64,000 nucleotides of DNA from Polyangiaceae bacterium (lineage in GTDB: Bacteria > Myxococcota_A > Polyangia > Polyangiales > Polyangiaceae), in assembly GCA_035063585.1 (NCBI GenBank), contig JAPSGB010000008.1:160001-224000 (forward strand), read 5' to 3'. Below are positions 18,723-28,084 of this stretch, in pieces (position 1 is the stretch's first letter; the number at the start of each line of letters is the position of its first letter). A program made the translations under genes and the position numbers. Below the pieces are notes generated by a model. The model saw only the letters and a list, made by a program, of their open reading frames with translations. It did not search any database and was not told where the DNA came from.

Positions 18723-19766
18723 TCAGCGCGGCGCGTAGCGCACGAGGAACGTGAGACGATATTCTGGCGAGCCCGGGGCGGGGAAGCGCTCGGTATCGCG
18801 GTCGCCGCGCGTGTCGACGCGCCGCACGCTCGAGAGCGGGAGCGCGGTGCCGCCGCCGAGCGAGAGCTCGAGCCCGTCGCCGACGCGCGACCGGAGTGAG
18901 GCGAGCCACTCCGCTTGAACGAGTAGCCCGCCCTCCACGCGAGCGCCGCTCGGGAGCGAGTCGGCTTGCGAGGTGAGCGACGGCAGCATCCACGCCTCGA
19001 GCTCGAGCGAGAGGAGCGCGCGCGGCAAGACATCGAACCCGCCGCCGAGCGCGAGGAGCGCCTGGCTGCCGTGGTGCGCGGTGGCAAACCGCACGGCGCG
19101 ACGGAGCCGCGCGCCGGCCATCGCGCTCCCGTGGATGGGGCCTAGGCTCGACTCGAGAGCGAGTGAGGGCGCCGCGAGGATCGCGCCCTCGCTGGCGAGG
19201 GCGCGGCGATCTCCGAAGGGGAGCGAGAGCTCGAGGCGCGCCTTGAGCGCGACGCCGTCACGCTCGTGAGGCGCCGGCTCGACGAGCACGTAGCCCGCGC
19301 CGAGCCGCGGATCTCTCGCCGCGGTGCGCGCGATGGGCGGCGCCGACTGGCTGGTCACGCCCTCGACGCCAGCGCCCGTCTGGTAGAGCGCGAAGGGCAG
19401 CGCGACGTCGACGTCGACGCTGCGACTCACCGCGTATCGCTCGAGGATGGTCGCGTCGAGGAGCCGCTCGACGACCGGCACGGTGCGGCCGTCGGGGTCG
19501 GGTGAGCTCACGCGGAGCGTCACCGGCCGCGACAGAAACGAGAGCGCGAAGCCGGACGCGAGCGTACCGGGCGGCGCGCCGCGCGCGGAGGGGAGGCTCA
19601 GGAAGCGCGCGCCGTCGGGCGCGAGCCACAGCCCGTCGGCGTCGATGCAGGGAGAGAGCCCGGTGGCGGGCGCGCAATCGACGGCGCGCGCCGCGCTGGT
19701 GACGGCCATCGCCGCGACGCACGCTGCGCTCGCGACGATTCCGCGCCGCGCCGACCTCCCCCTCAT
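18723..19766 (-). CDS. Secreted, probable outer-membrane beta-barrel protein
   Basis: Signal peptide with a Cys pair after cleavage; VALPFALYQTG and DPRLGAG segments; terminal beta strand TFLVRYAPR. Confidence 0.55.
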   Translation of the reverse strand: MRGRSARRGIVASAACVAAMAVTSAARAVDCAPATGLSPCIDADGLWLAPDGARFLSLPSARGAPPGTLASGFALSFLSRPVTLRVSSPDPDGRTVPVVERLLDATILERYAVSRSVDVDVALPFALYQTGAGVEGVTSQSAPPIARTAARDPRLGAGYVLVEPAPHERDGVALKARLELSLPFGDRRALASEGAILAAPSLALESSLGPIHGSAMAGARLRRAVRFATAHHGSQALLALGGGFDVLPRALLSLELEAWMLPSLTSQADSLPSGARVEGGLLVQAEWLASLRSRVGDGLELSLGGGTALPLSSVRRVDTRGDRDTERFPAPGSPEYRLTFLVRYAPR

Positions 19767-19858
19767 CCCGCTCTTCCGTGGCTCGCTCGGCTGGTCGCGC
19801 ACGCGTACCGAACCCTAGCTCACCTCGCGCCCGGCGTCGTGGTAAGCGTTTCGCCCGG

Positions 19859-20470
19859 ATGGTCATCAGCGAAGGCTCGCCCCTCGTCCTCGGCTCGGGC
19901 TCGCCGCGCCGGCGCGAGATCCTGGAGACGCTCGGGCTCGCGTTCCGAGCGCAGCCCGCCGAGGTCGACGAAGCGCGGCGTCCGCGCGAGCCCGCGGACG
20001 AGTTCCTCGAGCGCGTGGTGGCCACGAAGCTCGCTGCGGTGTCCGAGAACCTGGGGGAAGCGCCGCTCTCCGGGGTGCTCGTCGCCGACACGATCGTCGT
20101 GGTGGACGGAGAGATCCTCGGCAAGCCCGCCGGCGTCGGCGAGGCCGCCGAGATGCTGCGGAGGCTCGCGGGGCGGGAGCACGAGGTGCAGACGCGCTAC
20201 GCGCTCTCGCTCGCGGACGCGCCCGCGCAGCTCGTGGCGGCTCGCACGGTGTCGTCGCGGGTCGTCATGCGCTCGGCGACCGTGGACGAGCTCGCGCGCT
20301 ACGCGGCGAGCGGTGAGGGGCTCGACAAGGCGGGCGCTTACGCGGTGCAGGGCCTCGGTTCGTTCCTGGTGGAACGAGTGGAGGGCTCCTACACGAACGT
20401 GGTCGGGCTGCCCGCGTGCGAGCTCGTGATGGATCTCCGCGCGGCGGGGCTCATCATGGACTATCCGTGA
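19859..20470 (+). CDS. maf: Maf family nucleotide pyrophosphatase
   Basis: LGSGSPRRREIL, ADTIVVVDGEILGKP, DKAGAYAVQG, GSYTNVVGLP. Confidence 0.95.
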   Translation: MVISEGSPLVLGSGSPRRREILETLGLAFRAQPAEVDEARRPREPADEFLERVVATKLAAVSENLGEAPLSGVLVADTIVVVDGEILGKPAGVGEAAEMLRRLAGREHEVQTRYALSLADAPAQLVAARTVSSRVVMRSATVDELARYAASGEGLDKAGAYAVQGLGSFLVERVEGSYTNVVGLPACELVMDLRAAGLIMDYP

Positions 20471-21927
20471 GCGCGAGCGCGCGGCCGCCCGGCGCGGCGC
20501 TGGCTTGGCGCGACGGCGCGCTCCTCTTCGTGGTCGGGCTCGCGGCGCGCGCGCTCGCGGTCGCGTGGGCGGCGAGCCGCTTCCCGCCCACCGCCGACGG
20601 ACACTTCTACGACGTCATCGCGCAGCGGATCGCGGAGGGGCACGGCTACACCTGGCTCTGGCCGGACGGCGCGGTGACCTACGCCGCGCACTATCCGGTC
20701 GGGTATCCTGCGCTGGTGGGCGCGCTCTACGCGCTCGGCGGCCCGCACCCAGCGCTCGCCATGGGCGCGAACGCGCTCGTTGGCGCGCTCGCGGTGCCGG
20801 CCGTCTACGCGGTCGCCGGGCGCGCGGCGTCACGCCCGGGCGCGCTCGTCGGGGCGCTCCTCGTCGCGCTCCACCCGGGGCTCGTCTTCTACACGCCGGC
20901 GCTCATGACCGAGGGGGTCGTGGCCGCGCTAGTCGCGGTGGCGGCGTGGCTCGCGGTGCGGGCCTCCGAGAGTCTCCGCGGGCCGCGCGCCGCGTGGCTG
21001 GTCGGGCTCGGCCTGCTGCTCGGCGCCACGACCATGGTGCGTCCGCAGTCGCTCTTGCTCGCGCCGCTCTTCGGCGCGCTCGCGATCGGTCCGGTGAGCG
21101 CGCGCGCGCGCCGGCTGCGTCGCGCCGCGCTCGTCAGGCGCTCGGCTGGCGCCGCACTCGTCACGGCGCTCGCCGTCGCGGTGTGCGTGCCATGGACGGC
21201 GCGAAACTGCGCGCGGATGGGGCGCTGCGCGTTCGTGAGCGTCAACGGCGGGTGGAACCTCTACATCGGCGCGGCGCCCGGCGCGACCGGGAGCTGGGTC
21301 TCGCTCGACGCGCTCGGCGTGCCCGCGTCGTGCCGCGCGGTCTTCGCGGAGGCCGAGAAGGACGCCTGCTTCGGGCGCGCCGCGCTCCAGGAGATCGCCC
21401 GCGCGCCGCTGCGCTACCTCGCGCTCGCGCCGAGCAAGCTGGCGGTGACCTTCGACTACTCGGGCGCGCCGGGCTGGTACCTCCACCAGGCGAACCCGGC
21501 CGCCTTCGATGAGCGCGACAAGCTCCGGCTCGGCGTGCTCGAGACCGCGTGGGAGCGGCTCGCGTCGCTCCTCGCGCTGGTCGCGCTCGCGCGCGCGGAG
21601 GGGCCGCGCCGCCGGGCGCGCGGCGCGCTCGCCGGGCTCGCGGGGCTCTGGTTCTTCACGCGGGCGGCCTGGGTCGGGACCTTGGGTCTGGTCGCGGTCG
21701 CCGCGCTGCTCGGGCGGCGGCTCGCCGAGCACCCTCCGGCGCTGCTCGTCGCCGGGACGCTGGCCCTCACCGCGCTCACGCACGCGGTCTTCTTCGGGGC
21801 GGGCCGCTACTCGCTCGTGTGCTTCGCGCTGCTCCCGGCGCTCTCCGGCGCCGCGTGGCGGCGCGAGGCGCCGCGCGCCGACGACTCCTCGCGCGGCGCG
21901 CGCCCGGATGCCGCCGTGGGGTTTTGA
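20467..21927 (+). CDS. GT-C (ArnT/PMT-like) polytopic membrane glycosyltransferase
   Basis: DGHFY, YPVGYP, LMTEG, VRPQ and PWTARN...NGGWNLYIG motifs, many TMs. GTGA overlap with maf. Confidence 0.7.
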   Translation: MSASARPPGAALAWRDGALLFVVGLAARALAVAWAASRFPPTADGHFYDVIAQRIAEGHGYTWLWPDGAVTYAAHYPVGYPALVGALYALGGPHPALAMGANALVGALAVPAVYAVAGRAASRPGALVGALLVALHPGLVFYTPALMTEGVVAALVAVAAWLAVRASESLRGPRAAWLVGLGLLLGATTMVRPQSLLLAPLFGALAIGPVSARARRLRRAALVRRSAGAALVTALAVAVCVPWTARNCARMGRCAFVSVNGGWNLYIGAAPGATGSWVSLDALGVPASCRAVFAEAEKDACFGRAALQEIARAPLRYLALAPSKLAVTFDYSGAPGWYLHQANPAAFDERDKLRLGVLETAWERLASLLALVALARAEGPRRRARGALAGLAGLWFFTRAAWVGTLGLVAVAALLGRRLAEHPPALLVAGTLALTALTHAVFFGAGRYSLVCFALLPALSGAAWRREAPRADDSSRGARPDAAVGF

Positions 21928-21958
21928 CAGTCTAGGACCGCTTGGGCGATAATCGCCC
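21924..21958 (+). promoter_or_regulatory. Sigma70-like promoter TTGACA-N18-GATAAT with inverted repeat GGGCGAT-A-ATCGCCC over the -10
   Basis: Read directly; GAGGAG RBS precedes ATG 21974. Confidence 0.6.
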
Positions 21959-21973
21959 GAGGAGATCCGCCGC

Positions 21974-22237
21974 ATGCCGCTCATCGAGACCGAAGAGGCC
22001 GCCCGTCGCCTAGCCCGCGCCATCGCCAGCGATCTCTCGCTCTACAACGAGGAGAAGATCGTCCGCGGGATCGAGCAGGACTCACTCTTCACCGAGCTCA
22101 GCGAGGAGATCGAGGAGGGCCGCTCGCTCTACAAGAGTCGCGTGGCCCCCGAGCTCTACCAGCGAAATTTCTACGATCGCGCCTTGGTGGACATCCTCGT
22201 GAAGTCCAAGGGGCACATCAAGAGCCGGATCTGGTAA
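21974..22237 (+). CDS. Small helical cytoplasmic protein of unknown function (ARRLARAIASDLSLYN motif)
   Basis: Clean 87-aa ORF with strong RBS and typical codon bias. Confidence 0.8.
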   Translation: MPLIETEEAARRLARAIASDLSLYNEEKIVRGIEQDSLFTELSEEIEEGRSLYKSRVAPELYQRNFYDRALVDILVKSKGHIKSRIW

Positions 22238-23202
22238 CGAGCGACGCGGCTCTGGAGCTCGTCGTCGCGCCGGAGGCGCGGACCGAGCGGGTGGACAAGG
22301 CGCTCGCGCGGCTCCTGCCCGACGCGTCGCGGAGCACCATCCAGCGCTGGATAGCGGAGGGTCGCGTGACGCTCCGGGGCGCGCCGTGCCGCGCGCGCGA
22401 TCTGGTGGCGCCTGGCGATCGGGTGTGCGTGCGCCCCGGCGCTCCGCTCCCGACCCGCGCCGAGCCCGACGCCTCCATAGAGGTGAGGGCGCTCTACGAG
22501 GACGCGCACCTCATCGTGCTCGACAAACCGGCGGGGCTGGTCGTGCACCCGGCGCGCGGGCACGCGACCGGCACCCTCGTGAACGCGCTGGTCGCGCGCC
22601 CCGGCTTCGCGCGTGCGCCCACCGACCCGCGCGATCCCGCCGGCGCGCTCCGCCCCGGGATCGTGCACCGCATCGACAAGGAGACCAGCGGGCTCCTCGT
22701 GGTAGCCAAAGACGAGGTCACGCGCGAGGGGCTGAAGGCGCAGCTCGGCGCGCACACGGTCGAGCGCGCGTATCGAGCGCTCACCGTCGGGGTGCCCGAG
22801 CCCGGAATAGTGAACACCGTTTACGCGCGTGATCCACGTTCACGCCTACGATTCACCTCGAAATCCCGGGTCGGCCGCCCGGCGGTGACCCACGTCGCGC
22901 TCGTCGAGCGTCTGGCGGGCGGACGCGCGGCGCTCGTCGAGTGCCGGCTCGAGACGGGGCGCACGCACCAGATCCGGGTGCACCTCGCCGAGCAGCGCCG
23001 CGCGCCGATCCTCGCCGACAAGCTCTACGGCGCCGCGCCGCGCGCTCCGGAGCTCGCGGCGATCGCCGCCGAGCTCGGGCGCCAGGCGCTCCACGCCTAC
23101 GTGCTCGGCTTCGTACACCCGGTAACCGGCGCCGAGCTCCGCTTCGAGTCGCCGTGGCCCGCCGAGCTCGCCCGCGCGCTCGAGCGCCTGCGGGCCCTCT
23201 GA
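22231..23202 (+). CDS. rluD: RluA/RluD family 23S rRNA pseudouridine synthase; probable CTG start, first canonical start is GTG 22291
   Basis: S4 domain (RVDKAL...SRSTIQRWI), KPAGLVVHP, GIVHRIDKETSG, TGRTHQIRVH, RQALHA. Confidence 0.88.
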   Translation: MVTSDAALELVVAPEARTERVDKALARLLPDASRSTIQRWIAEGRVTLRGAPCRARDLVAPGDRVCVRPGAPLPTRAEPDASIEVRALYEDAHLIVLDKPAGLVVHPARGHATGTLVNALVARPGFARAPTDPRDPAGALRPGIVHRIDKETSGLLVVAKDEVTREGLKAQLGAHTVERAYRALTVGVPEPGIVNTVYARDPRSRLRFTSKSRVGRPAVTHVALVERLAGGRAALVECRLETGRTHQIRVHLAEQRRAPILADKLYGAAPRAPELAAIAAELGRQALHAYVLGFVHPVTGAELRFESPWPAELARALERLRAL

Positions 23203-23245
23203 CGGATTCGGGGGTCGGTTCGGCGCGGCCGGCGTCGCGTCGCGG

Positions 23246-23443
23246 TCACGAGGCGCGTCGATGTCGGATCCAGCGCACCACCATCCAGCCGACCCCGATG
23301 GCGACGACGCTCCCGCCGACGAGCGCGATGCCCCACGCCGGCCAGGCGTACTCGCCGCGCGCGAGCCCGGGTGGTGGCCGCTCGACGATGATGCGCGGCG
23401 CGGCCTCCGGGGCGCTCGCGACCGGGGCCGGGTCGCCGTCCAT
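23246..23443 (-). CDS. Small single-TM hypothetical protein
   Basis: 65 aa with TM WGIALVGGSVVAIGVGWMVV and a basic tail; fills the gap between two genes. Confidence 0.5.
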   Translation of the reverse strand: MDGDPAPVASAPEAAPRIIVERPPPGLARGEYAWPAWGIALVGGSVVAIGVGWMVVRWIRHRRAS

Positions 23444-23539
23444 GGGTGCTCTCGATACACGCGTGGAGCCTGCCCGGCAACCGCGCGGGGCTCGGGAGCC
23501 GGGTGGGCGCGCCAGGGCCCTGTCGAGAGGCTCGCGCGA

Positions 23540-24574
23540 GTGGTAAGGTCTCGCGCCTTGAGCTCCGCCCCCCTCGACCGCGCGCCAAGAGATGCCGAGC
23601 TCCTCGAGCGCTGCGCCACCGCGACTCGGCAGCTAAGAGAGCAGGTCGCCAAGGTCGTGGTCGGCCAAGACGAGGTCATCGACGCGATGCTCGTCACCCT
23701 GCTGGCGCGCGGGCACGCGCTCCTCGTCGGCGTTCCGGGCCTCGCCAAGACGCTCCTCGTGTCGAGCGTGGCGCGCGCGCTCGGGCTCACCTTCGGGCGC
23801 GTGCAGTTTACCCCGGATCTCCTGCCAGCGGACATCACCGGCACGGACGTCTTGAACGAGCTCGACGCGGGAGGCGGGCTCCGGCGTGAGCTCCGCTTCA
23901 TGCCCGGCCCCATCTTCCACAACCTGGTGCTGGCCGACGAGATCAACCGGACGCCCCCGAAGACCCAGGCCGCGCTCTTGCAAGCGATGCAGGAACGGCA
24001 CGTCACGGTGGGCGGCTCGACGCACCCGCTGCCCGATCCGTTCCAGGTCTTCGCCACGCGCAACCCCATCGAGCAGGAGGGGACCTATCCGCTCCCCGAG
24101 GCGCAGCTCGATCGCTTCCTGCTGGAGGTCCACGTCGAGTACCCGAGCGAGGCCGAGGAGCGTGAAATCGCGCGGCGCACGACCTCGGGCGTCACGGCGG
24201 AGCTCGAGCCCGTGTTGGGGGTCGAGGAGATCCGAAGGCTCGGCGCGCTGGTCCCGCGCATCCCCATCACCGATGAGGCGGTCGAGCTCGCGGTTCGTCT
24301 GGCGCGGGCGTCGCGCCCCGGCGCTCACGCGGCGCCCGAGGCGGTGCGCCAGTACGTCCGCTTCGGCGCCGGGCCGCGCGGCAGCCAGGCGCTGGTGCTC
24401 GCCGCCAAGGCGCGCGCCGCCGCGCGCGGCGAGGCCGCCGCGGATCTCGACGACGTGCGCGCGCTGGCGCTCCCGGCGCTCCGTCATCGGCTGGTGCTCG
24501 GCTACCGCGCCGAGGCCGATGGCGTGAAGGACGCCGAGGTGGTCGAGGCGATCCTGAAGGCCGCGCGCGCCTGA
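23540..24574 (+). CDS. moxR: MoxR family AAA+ ATPase (start approximate)
   Basis: GVPGLAKT, RVQFTPDLLPADITG, DEINRTPPKTQAALL, NPIEQEGTYPLPEAQLDRF. Confidence 0.93.
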   Translation: MVRSRALSSAPLDRAPRDAELLERCATATRQLREQVAKVVVGQDEVIDAMLVTLLARGHALLVGVPGLAKTLLVSSVARALGLTFGRVQFTPDLLPADITGTDVLNELDAGGGLRRELRFMPGPIFHNLVLADEINRTPPKTQAALLQAMQERHVTVGGSTHPLPDPFQVFATRNPIEQEGTYPLPEAQLDRFLLEVHVEYPSEAEEREIARRTTSGVTAELEPVLGVEEIRRLGALVPRIPITDEAVELAVRLARASRPGAHAAPEAVRQYVRFGAGPRGSQALVLAAKARAAARGEAAADLDDVRALALPALRHRLVLGYRAEADGVKDAEVVEAILKAARA

Positions 24575-24649
24575 GCGTCGCCCCGGGCGGGCGAGGCGCG
24601 TGGTTCCGCGCCGGGCCGACCTCAATCGAGCGGCGCGCGAGGGCTCCGC

Positions 24650-25444
24650 TCAGCGCGCCTTGAACACGGGCGGGCGCTTCTCGCAGTAAGCGGCGAGCCC
24701 CTCGCGCGCATCTTCCGAGGCGAAGAGCTCGGCCTGCAGCTCGCGCTCGAGCGCCAGCCCCTGATCGATGGGGAGATCGGCGCCGGCTTGGACCGCGCGC
24801 TTGATCCGGCCAACCGCGAGCGCGGCCTTACCGGGCGGCGTGAAGCTGCGCGCGTACTCGACGACCTGCGCTAGAAACTCCTCGCCCGAGGCCGCGTCGT
24901 AGAGCGCGTTCACGAGGCCGAGCTCGAGCGCGCGCGTCGGCTCGAGGTTCTCGCCCTCCACCATGAGCTCGAGCGCGCGCGCCTTGCCGAGCAGGTGGGT
25001 GAGGCGCTGGGTTCCGCCGGTGCCCGGCAGCACGCCGAGCTTCACCTCGGGGAGCCCGATCTTGCCGCGACCGCGGCGCGCGATGCGGAGATCGCACGCG
25101 AGCGCGACCTCGAGACCGCCGCCCACGCAGTGGCCGTTCAGCGCCGCGATGCTGAGCTTCGGTGTCTCCTCGAGGCGGCGGAGCGTCTCGTTGGCGTGGA
25201 GGCAGAAATAGTACTTATAGGTGGGGTCCGCCCGCGTCAGCATCTCGATGTCGGCGCCGCAGCAGAAGTACTTGTCTCCCGCGCCCGTGAGGACGATGAC
25301 GTGGACGCTCGAGTCGAAGCGCGCGGCGAGGATCGCCTCGTCGAGGTCGCGCATCATCTCGTACGAATAGGCGTTGACCGGCGGGTCGTTCAAGGTGATG
25401 ACGGTGACGCCGCTGTCGGTAGTGCTCGAGACCAGCTTGCCCAT
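24650..25444 (-). CDS. Enoyl-CoA hydratase/isomerase (crotonase) family protein
   Basis: FCCGADI, GGGLEVALACD, PEVKLGVLPGTGGTQRL; both catalytic Glu are present. Confidence 0.92.
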   Translation of the reverse strand: MGKLVSSTTDSGVTVITLNDPPVNAYSYEMMRDLDEAILAARFDSSVHVIVLTGAGDKYFCCGADIEMLTRADPTYKYYFCLHANETLRRLEETPKLSIAALNGHCVGGGLEVALACDLRIARRGRGKIGLPEVKLGVLPGTGGTQRLTHLLGKARALELMVEGENLEPTRALELGLVNALYDAASGEEFLAQVVEYARSFTPPGKAALAVGRIKRAVQAGADLPIDQGLALERELQAELFASEDAREGLAAYCEKRPPVFKAR

Positions 25445-25632
25445 GGGATCCTCCAGCTCGACGGGCGCCGAATGCGGCGAGCTCGGCCGAGCCGCGCCAC
25501 CCTAGCACCTCGGGCGGGCGGCCGGAGCGCGTCACGTGAGCCGACCCGGCCTCCCGGCCTCTCGCTCCGCGCCCGACCTGAGAGCTGGGTTGGCGCGCGA
25601 GGGCGCGCTATGCTGAGCCTCAGCAACTTCGC

Positions 25633-25896
25633 ATGGATCTAGAAGCCTTGAAGCTCGATTTGAAGCGGCTCCTCATCGAGGAGCTCGATCTGCGAGATCG
25701 CGCCGCCTCGGACATCGACGCGGACGCGCCGCTCTTCGGTGAGGGGCTCGGCCTCGACTCGCTCGACGCCCTCCAGCTCGTGATGGTGGTCGAGGAGCGA
25801 TTCGGCGTCCGCATCCCGGAGGGTGAGCAAGCCAAGGCGATCCTCGCGTCGGTCACCGCGCTCGCCGAGCACATCGCCCGCCAAAATGCCGCCTGA
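25633..25896 (+). CDS. Acyl carrier protein
   Basis: LFGEGLGLDSLDALQL phosphopantetheine site; acidic 87-aa protein. Confidence 0.93.
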   Translation: MDLEALKLDLKRLLIEELDLRDRAASDIDADAPLFGEGLGLDSLDALQLVMVVEERFGVRIPEGEQAKAILASVTALAEHIARQNAA

Positions 25897-28084
25897 GGTC
25901 GCCGCACGCATCGCCGTGACGGGCGTCGGTGCGGTCTCTGCTCTCGGCATCGGCGCGCGGAGCAGCTTCGCGCGGCTGGTGGCCGGCGAGCGCGGATTCG
26001 GTCCCGTCACGTTGTTCGACGTCGCCGATCAGCGCAGCCAGCTCGCCGCCGAGGTGCGCGGGCTCCGCGTCGACGAGGTGGCGCCGGCTGGCGAGGCCGC
26101 GCGCTGGTCGCGGAGCGACAGGATGGCGGTCCTCGCCGCGAAGGACGCGCTCGAGAGCGCGGGGCTCGCCGGCGGTCCGCTGTCGCTCGCCCTCGGCGCC
26201 ACCACGGGCGGGATGTTCGAGGCCGAGGCCGCGCTGGCCGCGTCCGTGGAGGGCGCGTCGTCCGAGTCCCTGGCTGCGGCGCTCGTCGCGTACCCCATCT
26301 CGGCGACCGCCGAGCACCTGGCCGCGACCATCGAGGGCGTAGAGCGCTCGGTGACCATCTGCAGCGCGTGCTCGAGCGGCGCGGTCGCGATCGTCGAGGC
26401 AGCGGCGTGGCTCGAGAGCGGGCGCGCGGAGCGCGCGCTCGCGGGCGGCGTCGATAGCCTGTGCCGGCTCACCTTCACCGGCTTCGGCGCGCTCGGCGCG
26501 CTCGACCCTCGGCCTTGTCGCCCGTTCGATCAGGCGCGGGCCGGCCTCGGGCTCGGGGAGGGTGCGGCGTTCCTGGTGCTCGAGTCCGAGCGCGCGGCGC
26601 GCGCGCGCGGGGCGCGGGTGCTCGCGTGGCTCTCCGGCTGGGCGGTCGCCGCCGAGGCGCACCACATCACTCACCCCGACCCCTCTGCGGTGCGAGCGAT
26701 CGAGCTCATCCGCGCCGCGCTCGCGGGCGGCGGGCTCTCACCGCGGGACATCGACTACGTGAACGCCCACGGCACGGCCACGCCCCAGAACGACGCGATG
26801 GAGGCGCGCGCGCTCGCGGGCGTGTTCGGTGACGAGCTTACGCGGGTTCGGGTGTCGTCGTCGAAGGGACAGATCGGCCACACCCTCGGGGCGGCGGGCG
26901 CCCTCGAGGCGGCCTTCACCGTGCTCGCGCTCGAACAGGGCGTCGCACCGCCGACCGGCGGCCTCGAGTCACCCGATCCGTCGCTGCCGCTCCGCCACGT
27001 CCTCGGCGAGGGTGAGCGCGCGGAGCTTCGCGCGGCGCTCTCGAGCTCGTTCGGGTTCGGCGGGACGGGCGCGGTGCTGGCGTTCGAGCGCGCCGCCGCG
27101 GCGCCCCGCCCACGGCCGGAGCGCGCGGCGCGCTCTCGGTTGGTGGTGACCGGCGTCGCGACGCTCGGCCCGGCGGGCGCGCTCGCGGGCGCGAGCAACA
27201 CGGCGTACGCGGACCCGTCCGCCGCGCGTGAGCCCGCGCCGCTCGCGCTCCTCGAGCGGCTCGACCCGGCGCGTTCCCGTCGTTTCGACCACGTGACGGC
27301 CTCGGTCTGCGTGGGGGTGGAGGCCGCGCTCGCGGCGGCGGCGCTCTCGCCGGCGCGCGTCGGGCTCGTCTCCGGCACCGCCTTCGGAAACGTCGAGCGC
27401 TCGGCGGCGTTTCTGAGGCGCGCCCTGGAGCGCGGCGCGCGCGCGGCGAGCCCGGCGGAGTTTCCGCACCTGGTGCCGTCGGCCCCGGCAGGCAACGCCT
27501 CCATCTACCTCGGGCTCACCGGCCCGGTGGTGACCGTGAGCGCGCTCGAGACGAGCGCCGAGGCGGCCTTCGCGCTCGCGGCGGACTGGCTCGACCTCGG
27601 GCTCGCTCCGGCGATGGTCGCGGGCGGTGCCGATCCGGGAGATCCCGTGGTCGCGCGCGCGCTCGGCTCGCCCGGACCTGGCGCGGGCGAGCCGAGCGCG
27701 CGCGCCGCATGGCTCGTGCTCGAGCGAGAAGACGCCGCCCGCGCGCGCGGCGCGGCGCCGCTCGCGCGGCTCACCGAGCGCGTCGAGGGGCGAGCCGGTC
27801 CGACCGCGCTGCTCGCGCGGCTCGCGGCAGCTCCGGAGGGCGGGCGCGCGGTGGTCGTCCTCGGAGCCGGAGAGGCGGCGTGCCGAGGCGCGCTCGCCGG
27901 CTCGAGCTGGGAGGGCGCCCGGCTCGTCACGCTCAGTCGCGACCTCTGCGCGCGCGAGTCCCTGGGCGCGTTCGGCGCTGCCGTCGCGGTCGCGCTCGTG
28001 GCGAGCGGTGAGGCGGACCTCGCGCTCGCGCTGGCGAGTGAGCCCGGGCAAGCTTACGCGAGCGTGTTCGAGCGGAGCTCATGA
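25886..28084 (+). CDS. Beta-ketoacyl-ACP synthase fused to a non-catalytic chain-length-factor-like domain
   Basis: KS domain: SACSSG, NAHGTAT, KGQIGHTLGAAG, SFGFGG. A second KS-fold starts at LVVTGV and has SPAEFP...GPVVTVSALETS with no catalytic Cys. Confidence 0.85.
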   Translation: MPPEVAARIAVTGVGAVSALGIGARSSFARLVAGERGFGPVTLFDVADQRSQLAAEVRGLRVDEVAPAGEAARWSRSDRMAVLAAKDALESAGLAGGPLSLALGATTGGMFEAEAALAASVEGASSESLAAALVAYPISATAEHLAATIEGVERSVTICSACSSGAVAIVEAAAWLESGRAERALAGGVDSLCRLTFTGFGALGALDPRPCRPFDQARAGLGLGEGAAFLVLESERAARARGARVLAWLSGWAVAAEAHHITHPDPSAVRAIELIRAALAGGGLSPRDIDYVNAHGTATPQNDAMEARALAGVFGDELTRVRVSSSKGQIGHTLGAAGALEAAFTVLALEQGVAPPTGGLESPDPSLPLRHVLGEGERAELRAALSSSFGFGGTGAVLAFERAAAAPRPRPERAARSRLVVTGVATLGPAGALAGASNTAYADPSAAREPAPLALLERLDPARSRRFDHVTASVCVGVEAALAAAALSPARVGLVSGTAFGNVERSAAFLRRALERGARAASPAEFPHLVPSAPAGNASIYLGLTGPVVTVSALETSAEAAFALAADWLDLGLAPAMVAGGADPGDPVVARALGSPGPGAGEPSARAAWLVLEREDAARARGAAPLARLTERVEGRAGPTALLARLAAAPEGGRAVVVLGAGEAACRGALAGSSWEGARLVTLSRDLCARESLGAFGAAVAVALVASGEADLALALASEPGQAYASVFERSS

